Positions 49,049-61,416 of a stretch of 64,000 nucleotides of DNA are shown here, one piece after another. Every line of letters starts with the position of its first letter. The first letter of the stretch is position 1. The notes beneath the pieces were generated by a model. The model made no database searches. It was not told the DNA's origin and worked only from the letters and a program-made list of their open reading frames with translations. The DNA is from Vicugna vicugna (taxonomy: Eukaryota): positions 8,060,302 through 8,124,301 of the forward strand of contig MU058065.1 of the NCBI GenBank assembly GCA_013265495.1, written 5' to 3'. Position numbers and translations under genes: made by a program.

Positions 49049-49235
49049 ATGGCTGCTCTCCTAGATGTGTCCTCCCCCAGTGAAGTGTTTGTTCTTATTC
49101 AATTTCTCTACAGAAAAAAGAAAGTTTACACTGTAGAAATTCCTCAGCAACTTGTCAGAATTTATAGAGAATGTGTTGAAGCTACAAAGCATACAAAAAT
49201 GGCGTGTGAAGCTTGGGGAAGGACGGGAAGATGCC
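49049..49235 (+). pseudogene. Frameshifted mariner transposase N-terminal HTH remnant
   Basis: MAALLDVSSPSEVFVLIQFLYRKKKVYTVEIPQQLVRIYRE / NVLKLQSIQKWRVKLGEGREDA matches the mariner pattern E-x-x-V-L-I-x-F...Y-G-E...W-x-x-x-F-x-x-G-R-E-D. Confidence 0.6.
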
Positions 49236-49433
49236 AGGCTCACTCTGGACAGAAGGCAGACCTCAACATTCGATAGGCTGGTGCTGGAAGCCATATTTTG
49301 CACTATGTTGTGCTTGAACCTCCTGGCAGTTGAGAGTGAGTCCTTGGAATAACTGGTTTATTAGAAAGAAGCTTGGACTACCTGTTCCTGTCCCTTTTGG
49401 CTCCAGTATTCTAGGATCTGACAATTGTCTGAC

Positions 49434-49914
49434 GTGGTGGATTGTTACTATGTGGCGCCTAATGAATCAAGCCTCCCTTGGGCCCCATTCTCTTTGCTGG
49501 GTCACTTTACAGCTGCCTCCACCAGGAGATAGAGTCACTTTTCCCACTCTTTGGACCTGGGATTGGCCTTAAGACTTTCACTGAACAATAGAACACAGAG
49601 GAAGAAAGCCTATGAGACCTTCAGGGTTAGTCCTTAAGAGGCCTTGCAGGTTTTGCTTTCACTCCCTTGGAACGCTGCCAGGGGCATGTAAGAGCACAGA
49701 CCAGTCTCCTTAAGGATTAAAGACCACGTGGAGAGAGAGATCCAGCTTTTTCTGTTGTTGCAGCCAAGCCCAGGGGTTTGCAGACTCACTTACCATGGAA
49801 GAGCCCTATGAAGACCCACCTAGTAAACCCACAGAACTGTGAGAACTAGCAAATGGGGCTAACTTTAAGCCACTGCATTTTAGAGTTTGTCACACAGCAA
49901 TAGATAACTGAGCA
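49434..49914 (+). mobile_element. MLT1 (F/G/H-type) solo LTR
   Basis: ccttaagaggccttgcag...cccacagaactgtgaga...taagccactgcattttagag...cagcaatagataactga. Confidence 0.7.
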
Positions 49915-50814
49915 CCTTATCAAAAGATTGCTTTTAAGAAGCACCTTATGAGCAATCTCCAACATGTGCAGCACATTACAGTAAGACCTTCCTCCTATTG
50001 CTGGAGCTTTTCTCCCAAACTAGAACAGACTTTCAGGCTATTTCCTTTTTTGCTGTTTCAGGGGCCATGTCTTCAGGAAGAAAGATTCCTTCCCTGACAG
50101 CACGATCAACAGCGCGGGGACGCAGAACAGCAGCAGGCGTAATCAGTTTTCACTAAGAAATTCACTGTCGCTTGGTCTTTCTCTGCTTCCCATTGTTTCC
50201 TCTGTGTTTCATCTCTAATTTCTGTTCAAAGAAGTTTAGAATAAAATTGTTCTAACACATCCTGTTTCCTACAGATCAACAAAAGGAAACAGACAAAGGC
50301 CATAAAGACTTTCTGAGTTATTCATCAACTGATGGCCCATCTTCAGCCCAACAGACAGAGCGTCAGAGGGCCATCGTGTACAACCTTGGCATAGCTCCTG
50401 ATGGCATTACGTTTTCTTCATAGCATGTAGTAGAACTCAACTGCAGAAATCAGAGTAGGAGAGATTCTCTTTTGAGTAGCACAATCTCCAATCCCAAAGA
50501 TACTTGAAAAGACTGTATATGGTAGGGCCCTCCCTACTGAATTGTCATCTGAATGGCTATTAGGGACAATGGATGTATAGTTTCTTGCCATAGCAAATTG
50601 CAGGGCTCACACAATCCCACTGCCATTGACCTGGTTTTATTTCCCCTGACTTGATGCAGTCCTAGGAAGAAGTTGAATTTGATGATTATCTTTGCTGGAG
50701 GGAGAAATTTAGCATCAGTGGAGGTCATTGGCATTTGGTAGGTACCCACTTGATCTCTGATCAGTCATATGTAATTCTCCCACTTAGAGATGCACTTTGC
50801 AGTTCTTTCTCCAA

Positions 50815-50955
50815 GCTCAGTTTTGAACATGTTGAGATGTCTGTTATTTATCCAAGTGGAGATGTTGAGTAGGAAGTGAGATTTACAAGTCAAGAGTTCT
50901 GGAGAGAAGACTGGGCTAGAGATAAAAATTGAGGGATCAGTCATCAGCATATTGA
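50815..50955 (-). mobile_element. L2 fragment
   Basis: agttttgaacatgttgag...atccaagtggagatgttgagtagg...gggctagagataaaaattg motif. Confidence 0.7.
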
Positions 50956-51986
50956 AGGCCTACTGAGTGCTCAGTGCAACAACACAGCATGGTGAAGCAG
51001 TCAGAATAATGCTCTGAAGTGGGCTCTGTCTATGTAACTGGTGACCATGAACATGACCCTTTCCTTGTCTTGAGACCCCATCTCCCCACTGGTAGAACAA
51101 AGGGGTGAAATGAGACAATCTCTAAGGTTCCTTCACGAAAGATGTTTGTGATTTTAGGATTTTAATTGCTAAGGTGTTCCCTACCCTCAAAGAGCTTACT
51201 CTCCTGCCAAGATGAGCAGATTGAAAAGCCGATTAGTCATGGAACCACAAGGACAAAGAGCAGAAGTCTTCTGCCCTGAAGTCAGCCTGTTCCTACAACA
51301 GAATTATTTTACATGGGAGTAGTCCAGAAGACTTCTTGGAGGACCAGGGTGGAGGAGGGGGAATGATGTGGAAGTTTAGGAAGCTCTGGTTTGGAGGAAA
51401 TGGAGGAGGGTCTTGCACATTTTGGAAATGGAATGAATGAAGGCACAGAGAAGCAGAAGGGCATGTCATTCAAAAGGGTTTTACTGAAGAGAATTGAAAA
51501 AAAAGACTTATTTACAAGAGATATGGGCAAAGTTCAGGGAACCATGAAGAGATGGTGAAACACTCAGGGCTTAGCAGCAGTGATGAAGCGGTGGCTCACT
51601 GCTGGGCTCAGGGGAGCAAATGCTGTTCCCAGAGCCTGGGCAGAGCTAGAGGGGTGGAAGGGTGCTGTCTGACAGGAGGGACAGTCATGGAAGGTGGTAA
51701 GGCAGAGAGGAAGCAGGTATGGAGAAGGGGTACAGAAAAAGGGAAACTCCTGCACTGCTGGTGGGAATGTAAATTGGTGCAGGCACCATGGAAAATAGTA
51801 TGGAGCTTCCTTAAAAAACTAAAAATAGAATTGTCATATGATCCAGCAATCTTACTCCTGGGCATACATTCAGAGAAAACTCTAATTCAAAAAGATACAT
51901 GCACCCCAGTGTTTATAGCAGCACTATTCACAATAGCCAAGACATGGAAGCAACCTAAATGTCCATCAACAGATGAATGTATAAAG

Positions 51987-51987
<1 letters not shown>

Positions 51988-52030
<43 letters not shown>
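51988..52030. repeat. (TG)21 microsatellite inside L1 ORF2
   Basis: Perfect run. Confidence 0.97.
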
Positions 52031-52034
<4 letters not shown>

Positions 52035-52344
52035 AATGGAATGTTACTCACATAAAAAAGAATGAACTAATGCCATTTGCAGCAACATGGATGGACCTAG
52101 AGATTGTCATACTAAGTGAAGTAAGTCAGACAGAGAAAGGCAAATATCAAATGATGTCACTTGTATGTGGAATCTAAAAAATGATACAAATGAACTTATT
52201 TACAAAATAGAAACAGACTCACAGACATAGAAAACAAATTTATGGTTACCAAAGGGGAAAGGGGATGGGGGAGGGATAAATTAGGAGTTTGGGGTTAGCA
52301 GATATACATTAGTATATATAAAATAGATAAACAAAAAGGTCCTA

Positions 52345-52521
52345 AAAATAAATACATTTTTTAAAAGGAAAAAAATTTTAAGAAAAAAAGGGGAGTTGGG
52401 GGAGTATAGCTCAGTGGTAGAGTTTGTGCTTAGCATGCCCAAGACCTTGGGTTCAATCCCCAGGACCTCCATTTAAAAAATAAATAAATAAGTAAATAAA
52501 CCTAATTACCCACCCCTCCAG
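52345..52521 (+). mobile_element. Vic-1-like SINE with an A-rich 5' leader, inserted in the L1 3'UTR
   Basis: 12-bp TSD AAAAAGGTCCTA (52333-52344, 52522-52533); A and B boxes at ~52407-52460. Confidence 0.85.
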
Positions 52522-54309
52522 AAAAAGGTCCTACTGTCTAGCACAAAGAGCTATATTCCACACCCTGTAATAAACCATAATGGAAAAGAATATGAAAAAG
52601 AAAATATGTATGTATGTATATGTTATGAACCAATTTGCTGTACACAAAAAACTAACACAACATTGTAAATCAACTATACTTTATTTAATTAATTAAATAG
52701 AAAGAAAAGAAGCAGGGTAATAAATAATTCATCTTCTCCCTCTCCTCCCACTTTTTGATCTCTACCCAGTGCCTCCCACTGGACAACCCAACCAGAAGGC
52801 CCAGGCAATGGGGTCTGAGTGATGTGGTCCTTAGAGGTCAGCATCCCAAGGATGCATGGAGCAGAACAGACAGGGGCAGATGATGAGTCTGCTGGGGGGT
52901 GGGGCAAATGAAGAATAATCAGCACACAAGGGACATAGAGAAGAAGAGTTCAGTATGAACTCTTTCCAAGAAGGCTTGCTTTCCCTCTGTCCAAATGTAA
53001 AAGTTGCTCTGAGTCTCAGTATTCCTGACTGTGAAATGGGCCATGCCTACATCCTGGGTGGTAACGAGAAGCCTATGATACGCCAAGTGGAAGGACCAAG
53101 CACAGGGCCTGGTTCGCACTGGAGGCTCCGTGTATGTTAGCCCCTTTACTCTTCTCTGCACACGCCTGAATGGCCCTTTGACCAGATTACCTCTCCAGGT
53201 CTGATGCTCCAAGTGATCTAAGAAGTTGCATATCCGTTTCCCTCTATCCATTCATTCGTTCATTCAATAGGTGTATATTTACTGAGCATCAGGTGTGATT
53301 GCTGTAGATACCACAGTGGATAATGCAGATGTGTTCCTTGCCCCTTTTCCACCCTTCCTCACACATCTGTCCCCATCTCTCTGATTTGGGTCCCTAGGGT
53401 TTCTCTCCTGATTCGCACTGATTTTATACCTTCAACATCTCCCTATCACCACCTCTGACAGAACTGTGAGAATGATCCTGGTTTTCACCTGGACAAGCTG
53501 CAATTTAACTTTTCCAGGGACTCTGAGCTCAACGAGCACAGGAAGACAGAAAAGTAGTTGGCTTCATTCTAACCATGAGTCTGTGCCGGAATCAGCTGCA
53601 CAGCCAAGCAACTGAGAGAGAAGGACCCACCAAGAGAGACAGAGATGGAAAGTTACTGGGAGCCCAGAGCCTTTCTGAACTGTCATCGGAACACCACAAG
53701 CTTGGGGGCATGGGAGTGTCCAGAGGTCACCAGATTCAGAGAAACTCTGAGCTGAGCCTCATCGCCAGCCGTTTGTGGCACTGTGCATTGCCTTGCAATT
53801 CTAGCAATCTGTGATCCTGTTCAAGGTTCCACCCTCTCTCCAGGACTCTGTATTTAATCTATAATGTGAAGAGTTTGGATCAGATGACTTCTGAGTCCCC
53901 CTAGAAGAGTCTAGCTCAGGTATTTTGAGTCTATGGGTGTGGGAAGGCTGAGACCTTTAGAGTTGATTTGATGGTTTTGGATATTCTGGTGGCTTCAATC
54001 GTTTTCAGGAAGGTTGAAGATTCTGCAGTCTCGGTAATTCTCCTTCTGAGCTACCACCCAATCTATCCTGGAAAAGAGCCTACACAATTATCTTTCTACC
54101 CGGGGGCTTCGGGTAGGCCCCAGATATGCAAACACTGCAAAGAGAGCATGAATCAGAGCACAAGAGCTAATTGGTACATTGGCGTCCGTTGGAGCCCAAG
54201 GCCTGGCCTGGTCCCTAAAGGGTATGACTGCACTGGAGGTTTAGTCACTTTGGCTATCAAAAGAACTAAACTGCACTTGATGAGAAGCTGAACCTGGAGA
54301 ATATTAATA

Positions 54310-54565
54310 GATAATCACAACGATAATCACTCTTTACTGAATGCTTTCAATGCGCCAGACTCTACGTCAAGCACTCAGCAAGAACCTCGTTTAATCTTTA
54401 CAACCCTCTTGGGTGGGTATTATTATTCTTCCCAAGATACGGATGGCAGACTGAAGTTTAAAGGCTTAAGTAACTTGCCCCAAGTCCCTCGGCTATTAAG
54501 GGAAGGATCTGGATCTGGGACTGAAACCCAGGTCTGTCTGACTCTGAGATCCCCGAGTAAGCACC
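54310..54565 (-). mobile_element. MIR SINE
   Basis: tttaatctttacaaccct...ttaagtaacttgccccaagtc...gaaacccaggtctgtctgactct; another MIR (+) at ~54980-55175. Confidence 0.75.
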
Positions 54566-56694
54566 CGCTATGCTCTCAGGGCCCCAGTGGACTTTGGAAA
54601 AAGCTTTAGTTCATCATATCTGCCTCTGAGGGACTGCTCAGTAGGATCACAATGTTCCCAGTTTAAAGACCTTTGGGATAAACTTTGCAGATTTTCTGCA
54701 TTCATAACCCCATCTCTGGCTGTGTTTTGTTAATGTCTCAGCCACCCCTCCTTCCTCTGTTTCCAAAAGTCCCCGGGCCACGTTAATACGCCTATATACA
54801 AACTCCTTGGCTTTACATTCTCTAGTTGTTTCATTTGGTGCCCTGTCTAAATTCTTTGGGAGGCTGTAGGAGGAGGAGACAGCAATTTGGGCTGAAGGGC
54901 AAAGACCAGGCAGAGGGATATCCAAAAATGTGATACACAAGCTCTTTTTGCTACCCAGAGGTTACAGAAATTATGAACGTAGACCTGGGTTCCAGTGGTA
55001 GCTCTGAAGCATCATCCAAGTTACCTCCCCTCTCTGAGCCTCAGCTCCCTTGTCTGTACAATGAGGTAGGAAGAAGTCTATCCGAGGTTATTATTAGCAC
55101 TCCTGGGGATCATGCATCTCCAGGCTTTAGCACAGTGCCTACCACATAGTAAATGCTCCAAACTGGTAGCTGCTATTTGTAGAATGCTCTCATTGGCTGT
55201 CAGCTTAGTTCCTTCTCACTTACGTCATGCTGGATGAAGTGGTGCCTCATCTTTTCTGATAGGTTAAAAAGCGTGTCTGCCTCTGGAACTCTCTTCAGAC
55301 ATTGTTCCCCTTCCCATTCTGTGAGCAGGAATAGGACCCGTGGCCTTGAGAAGAAGCATGAATGACAAAGCACTATTGACTCTGCACCAACTGTGTACAA
55401 AGCACCAAATTAGGCACAGAGGAACTGCCTAATTATGGAGGAGAGCATCCATAGAGGGTTGAAGAGATAACACCAATACTCATGAAAGTGCTAGGTTGTA
55501 AGGATACAAGAGAGTACATAACTCAGCGCTACGCTGGTACAGAGGACAAATGCTAACGTTGCTTAAGACTCACTAATGGCTCATTCACATCCCTGCAGAT
55601 CTTTATCAGAGGCTCTAGGGAAGCCAGGAATCTCATACTTGGTTGAAACACAAAGAACCTGTGAGAGCCAGGACCATACTGCCGGCACTCTGTGCGGGTG
55701 TCCTTGCACGTGCGGCGGCAGTGACTTGTGTGTGGGCTGCTGTTTCCATTCCCGGAGGGCAGAGCTCATGTTTGGGCTCGTAGGGTGTTTCCCACTCAAT
55801 AAACAAAATGTGGCCACAACAGGATTAGGGCAAAACGGTGAAGGGAAAGATCACTGAACTAGAGGTCAGGGGACCAAGGTCCTCATTCCATCGTGACCAC
55901 TAACTCCTTGTATGACCTTGAACAAGTCTCTTGCCCTTCTATTTATAAAATCAGAGAGGTAGCCAGAAAGGGATTTTTGAATTGTGTTCCATGTTACCCT
56001 AGGGTTTCTAGAATTTCTGGAGCTTCAAGGGCACCAGTGGGTTAAGAGAACAAGTGAGTGGCAATTTGGGGTTCTCTGTCATTCTCCTTTTACCTTTCCC
56101 TAACTTCAACCAGAACAGCCCCCATTTACATCTTTTTACACACTGAAGTTCTGTGGCAGCTTTCTTGGAAAATCACCTAACGTGTCTCCCTCCACCATAT
56201 TCCTTTTCCATACATGTTAGCTGAGGCCTAGAGAGGTAAAGTAACTTGACCAAGGGCATCCAGTGAGTGGCAGAGATGGTACTAAAGTCTCTTTTCTGAT
56301 GATGTTGACAGTTAATGGCTGTCCAGGGATAAATGTCACTCCCCATATCCTGTAGATTTGGAACATGTATGGCTCCTAAATTCTGAAAAGGGGCAACTGC
56401 AACCTGAAAGTAGGGCAGTGACTAGGGACTGGGGATCCATCAGAAAAGATACTTGAGTGCCAGCTCTGACAAAGTCCACCTGAAGCTCAGACAACGCCCA
56501 GTGGAGAAGCGGACACAGGATTGGGTCCTTGATGACTCCACTCCCTATTGACAAAGAAGGGGACCCAAGCCAAAGCAAAGAGACTCATTGGTCACTCTGA
56601 GGCCTTTCTAGAGTGCTCTTCAACTTCTCCACCCTCTAGCTTCTTAGCTCTTGCCCCAGAAGTCAATATGGCATGCAACCAAAGTTTCTTTATC

Positions 56695-57935
56695 CTTACT
56701 TTTTGTAATTAATAGACATTATTTTTTAAAAGAAAAAATGAGCAGGAAGTACAGAGAGCTCCCATCCACCCCCTCTGCACTCTTTAATTTGTGTCCTACA
56801 CTTGTCATAATTGATGAACCAATATTGACACATTATCATTAACTACAGTCCAAAGTTTACATTAGAGTTCACTCTTTGGGTGACATAGTCTATGAGTTTT
56901 GACAAGTGTGCTATATCATATATCCATCATTACAGTATCATACAGAATAGTTTCACTGCCCTGAAAATCCCCTGTGCTGCTCCGATGGATCCCTCTTTTC
57001 TCCCCCTATCCCCAAACTTCAAGTAACCACCAATCTTTCTACCGACTCTATAGTTTTGCCTTTTCAAGAAGTCATATAGTTGGAATCATACAGCATGTAG
57101 CCTTGTCAGACTGCCTTCTTTCACTAAGCAATATGCATTTAAATTTCCTCTGTCAACCAAAAAATAATAATGCAAGAGGCTGCAGATAAGAAAAGCATTT
57201 ATTTGGGGATCTTAAGAATTGCAATTCGAGAAACACAGATTCAGGTAACCCCAAAAGAGTGTTTCAGGAAAGGGACAGAGTCAAGGTCTTATAAAGGCAA
57301 AAAGCTATGAAGTTGTTAAAAGTTGCCTGGCAAGAATTGTGATTGATGAGTCAGAAAACATTCATCCTTAAGGACTCGTGAGCTGTTTTAGGGTCGGGGT
57401 CTGATAAATAGACAGTCACAAGTTATTTTAGGGTGAGTGTCCGATAAGTATCTTGAGTTTTGGGCAGGTGTTCTGGGTGACTTCACCAGGTCAAAATGTC
57501 AGATTCCAACCAGACTGAGACGTGTGTAAGTCACACTTCCTTAATGGACAGCTAGCTCCAATTTGGGGAGCTCTCTAAGCAGTACCGAGTCCATTTTAAT
57601 TTTCCTTTCACACCTCCATGTCTTTTCATGGTTTGATAGCTCATTTCTTTTTATCACGGAATAATATACCATTATATGTATGTATGATGTGCCACAGTTT
57701 ATTTATCTATTTACCTATTGAAGGACATCCTCACCACTTTAAATTCTGGTAATATGAATGAGGCTGTTATAAACATTCATGTGCAGGGTTTTGTATGAAC
57801 GTTAAGTTTCCTACTCTTTTGGGTAAGTACCTAGGATTGTGACTGCCGGATCATATGCTAAAAGACTATGTTTATTTTTGTAAGAAACTACAAAACTGTC
57901 TTCCAAAGTGGCTGTACCATTTTGCATTCCCACTG
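56695..57935 (-). mobile_element. L1MC-type 3' region interrupted by a solo LTR
   Basis: gatgaaccaatattgacacattatc...cagaatagtttcactgccctg motifs; the L1 sequence rejoins across 57150/57617. Confidence 0.8.
57151..57612 (-). mobile_element. Solo LTR of the same ERV1 family as the 22.6-28.9 kb provirus
   Basis: tgtcaaccaaaa...ttttcctttcaca; 4-bp TSD CCTC (57147-57150, 57613-57616); AATAAA at 57198-57203 (minus). Confidence 0.93.
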
Positions 57936-57939
57936 TCAC

Positions 57940-58605
57940 AGTATTTTAATTTGCTATTAAATGTTGTTTCAAGAAAAAATTTTAAACTCCGAATTATTAG
58001 CATGAATTTTACTGTTCATTTTTATATTGTGCAACGCCAGTTTTAAAAGCAACTATAAAAACATTCACTCGTCTACAGAATCACCAAAATTACACAATTT
58101 GTATTTTGTAGCTTATATGTGCATTATCTATTTCATTCTCACCAAAAGAGTGGGAACACTGCACAGAACTGACTCAGGTGGTTTTGATATGTGCACCTCC
58201 TACCAAAACTCTCTACCTTCAATGTAGTAAGGAAGGAAGGATTCAAAGGACAAGGAACTAAGCATTCCCCTGCCCTTTTCCTTCTGTCATCACTGGTTGG
58301 CTTACATAGGGAAGTAGCAAGAGTAAGAAAGATTCCTTGGTTGTTCTGTTCCTTAGAACATCATTGCCTTCTTTCTGCCTTTAAAGCAAGCTGATTTGAA
58401 TGGAAAGCATAGTTTTTCAGGGCAGTCAGTCCCCTACTTAGTCAGCTGTTGTCACATTAATACGGAACAGGAGTAGGGAATTCTGGTGTTCAGTGAGACT
58501 CAAAGCACCCAGCTTTCATAACACATTTACCTTATACTCATTTTGAGTCTCACTGAACTGCCATACCTGATGTCCACTGGAATTCCATGGTCCTGGGGCA
58601 TCCCC
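57940..58605. mobile_element. hAT-Tip100 (MER115/Zaphod-like) remnant
   Basis: catcactggttggcttacatagggaagtagc...cattgccttctttctgc...ttgagtctcactgaact motifs. Confidence 0.55.
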
Positions 58606-59579
58606 AATGCTTCTGGGCCAGCTGTGTCCTCATGTCACAGGTGAGATAAAAGCTCCCAAGTGGGTGAGGGTGTGAGTTGAGTGGTACCCGGCTCATCTCC
58701 TCGTTTTCCTGGGGTCAGCCTTAGCTTAATTCATTCACGTTCCTTGGTAGACTGTGCGTCATTCTTTTTGGGGGTTTCCTGGGCAAATGCTTAGCAACTT
58801 TCCATTTGTCAACAACAAGACAAAGGGCTAAAGGCCAGGGAGAATTACCAACCTGTAAGAGAAATCAAGATTTTCAGGGACACCCCCTCTGCCCAGAGCA
58901 TTCCCTTATTTGGCCCAAACCACAGTTTTACCAAACAAGGTCCACCTAATGTGACACAGAAACAGGGAGGGAAAGGAAGTAGGGTAATTTATGTCATTTC
59001 CATCAGAAAATGTTAACACCACTGCACACAGAATGGTTAATCCAGAATGAAGCAGCGAGCACTTGCTCAAAATCGATTTAACGCTTTTCTCAAATCACCT
59101 CGGATTGTTGCAAAACCTCTCTGTGCAATTTAAAAAAAAAAAGAAGAAGAAGAAGAAGAACACTAAAGAAAGAAAAGGAAAAACAAAACAGAAAAACAGC
59201 AGTTTCGAGTTGGGAACAAAGAGTCCCAGAATAGTTTTATTTCCACACTACAGTCACAGCAAAACAATCCTTTGAAAAATGCTTTTTAGTTAACAAGTCT
59301 ATTTACTTGTCTCCCTGGGTCCTTGAGACAATGCAAGAGTTCCTTGTAGGACTTTGACACCAAGTCCAAATCCTCTGCGTGCTTTTGAGGTCATCCTCGA
59401 TCTCAGTCTCTTCCTTTCCTGCAGTCTGTCTCACATTAGTGGGTCCCAAGTTACGCAGGCTCCACTCAGAGGACACCACTTCTAAGGAACACACATGGTC
59501 GTGGCTTCTCACAGGCACTCTGGACTACAGTGGATCCCACATGGTCTTTTCTCTCTGATTTCTTTTATAAAGTTTGCCT

Positions 59580-60720
59580 TCCGTGTTCTGCAGTTTCGCT
59601 GTGGTGTATCTTAAAGAATGTTTGGTTTTGTTTGTCCAGTTTGAGCTTTGTTGTGATTCCTGAATCTAAACATTCCCACCTTTCATCAATTCTCAGGCAT
59701 CTTCCCTTCAAATGTGCTCACCCCAATATCTGTTTTCTCTGCTGGAACTTCTGTTAGTTATACAGGAGACTTTCTCATTTTCTCTTCCATGTCTCCTAAT
59801 ATCTACTTCACAGTTTCCATCTATGGGATCCACCTGGACAATTTCCTAGATTTACCTCCAACTTCAATAGTTCTTTCTTCAGCTGTGTCTAATCTACTAT
59901 TTAGTTTGTTCATTGAGTTTTACAGTTGAACAAATATTTATTTCTAAGAAAAAGTACTATTTGTTTTATTTTCTGTCTTCCTTATTTTATTCACTTTCTA
60001 GATATATATTATGTTTTTAAAGCTTTACTTTATGCTATTAGTCATTTTAACATAGTTTGTGGTCTCCTATGATGATTTTATAATCTAAGATTCTGGGAGT
60101 TCAAGTCCTGTTGTTTGTTAGATCTGTGGACTCTGGCTCATGGGTTTTCCTTGTGTGTTGTGTGATTTTGGATTGTGAGCTCATCTTCGTCAGGTCTTTA
60201 ATCTGGAGAAACCAGTATCATCAAAGTGTTTGCTTCTAACAGAGTATCATTGGTCCAGACAGAATTTTATGTTGTTTCTTAGCCCAGAGGTTTCTAGGTT
60301 GTACAAGAACTATTTATACAAACCCCAAACCCACTAAAGGCTTATGCCAGTGATTTTGAATTCTTAAGGGAGACATTTTCCCCTCCTGACCTAAAGCTCA
60401 GTTCAAGATAAACAAGCTTTCTTCCCATTTTTTTTTTTATGCTAGAGATTGCCTATTTCTGGTCTACAATTGTTTAAAGGATGTTGTCCTTCCACGGTCT
60501 TGGCTTTATGTAGAAGTCTCAGTGCCAACACTCCACATCCCAGAGGCTCAAGATCTTGTTTCTTGTCCCTGAACAGTATTAAAACCCCTGTGTAAATAAA
60601 ACCAGTACTAACACCAGTACCACTCCTCCATCCCACAGTAATTGCAAAAGACAGCCCCTGCCCTTACTTTTCTAGTTTTCAGTTCCCTCTTGGTTTCTGG
60701 CTCCTGGAGGTTTTTTGTAC
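59580..60720 (-). mobile_element. Old L1/HAL1 ORF1-region remnant
   Basis: T-rich antisense motifs (tttcttcagctgtgtctaatctactattt...cattgagtttt). Confidence 0.55.
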
Positions 60721-60968
60721 ACTCAGCCCTGTTAATAACAGGTAGTATTTCTTGCTACACAATGCTAACTGCACACACATATTGACTCATTTAACTCCAG
60801 TAATACCTCTTAAGTAGGTACTATTATTACCAGTCTCATTTTCATATAAGGAAATTGAGGCACAGAGAAGTGGAGTAACTTACCCAAAGTCTCATGGCTA
60901 CTAAGTGAAGAAGCTCAGATTGAAACTTGGGCAAACTGGTTTCAGAGCCTGTAGATCCACTTGTGTAA

Positions 60969-61091
60969 GATCTACCAGAGTCCAGCAGGTATTCTGTGAG
61001 AATTGTTCCACATACAGAGACATAATTTGATGTGTCTGTGGAAGAGCATGAGCTCCACGTCCTTCTGTTCCACCATCTTGAACCCCTCCCG
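60969..61091 (-). mobile_element. Isolated L1 5'UTR start
   Basis: Minus gggaggggttcaagatggtggaacagaaggacgtggagctca...atgtggaacaattctcacagaata, with a YY1-type CAAGATGG motif. Confidence 0.65.
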
Positions 61092-61416
61092 AGCGTGTGT
61101 TCTCTGTCAATACTCTATACTGCTTTCTTATTTTGGATATTTAGGTGTTTTATCGTGGGAAACTATTTAGACTCCATATTGCATTTTCACACTATTTCTC
61201 CCCAAAGTAAATGAAGAATATGTGAATAGAGGTGCTTTCTGTCAAACAGACAGGCAGCCTGGTATTTTTACTAGCTAGTCTCATAATGTTGAAGCCTGTA
61301 TCTTGGGGAAGAAGCCAGAATCCAGGCTCTATCATGGGTACTTCCACTCGCTCAAAGTAAATGACTTAAATTTGGGGAAATTTTAGTCCATCAGAGTCAT
61401 CAGGGACTTCAAAGAC

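Larger units (their letters stand above)
51720..52708 (+). mobile_element. 5'-truncated artiodactyl-type L1 (ORF2 C-terminus plus 3'UTR)
   Basis: [33 protein letters not shown]...; ORF2 stop ~52175-52177; 3' end cattgtaaatcaactatact; TSD-like gaagcagg(g)ta at 51710-51719 and 52709-52719. Confidence 0.9.
51465..52926 (-). mobile_element. LTR33-like ERVL LTR split by an L1 insertion
   Basis: Minus start tgtgctgattattcttcatttgcccc...cttctggttgggttgtccagtggg; halves at ~51465-51719 and 52709-52926. Confidence 0.65.

Noticed and set aside
48795..49950. Candidate TIR pair for the mariner relic
   Set aside because: Similarity between ~48795-48825 and ~49930-49950 is too weak to call by eye.
51552..52055. 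167-aa ORF as a host gene
   Set aside because: Chance fusion of LTR33 sequence, truncated L1 ORF2 C-terminus and a (TG)n run.
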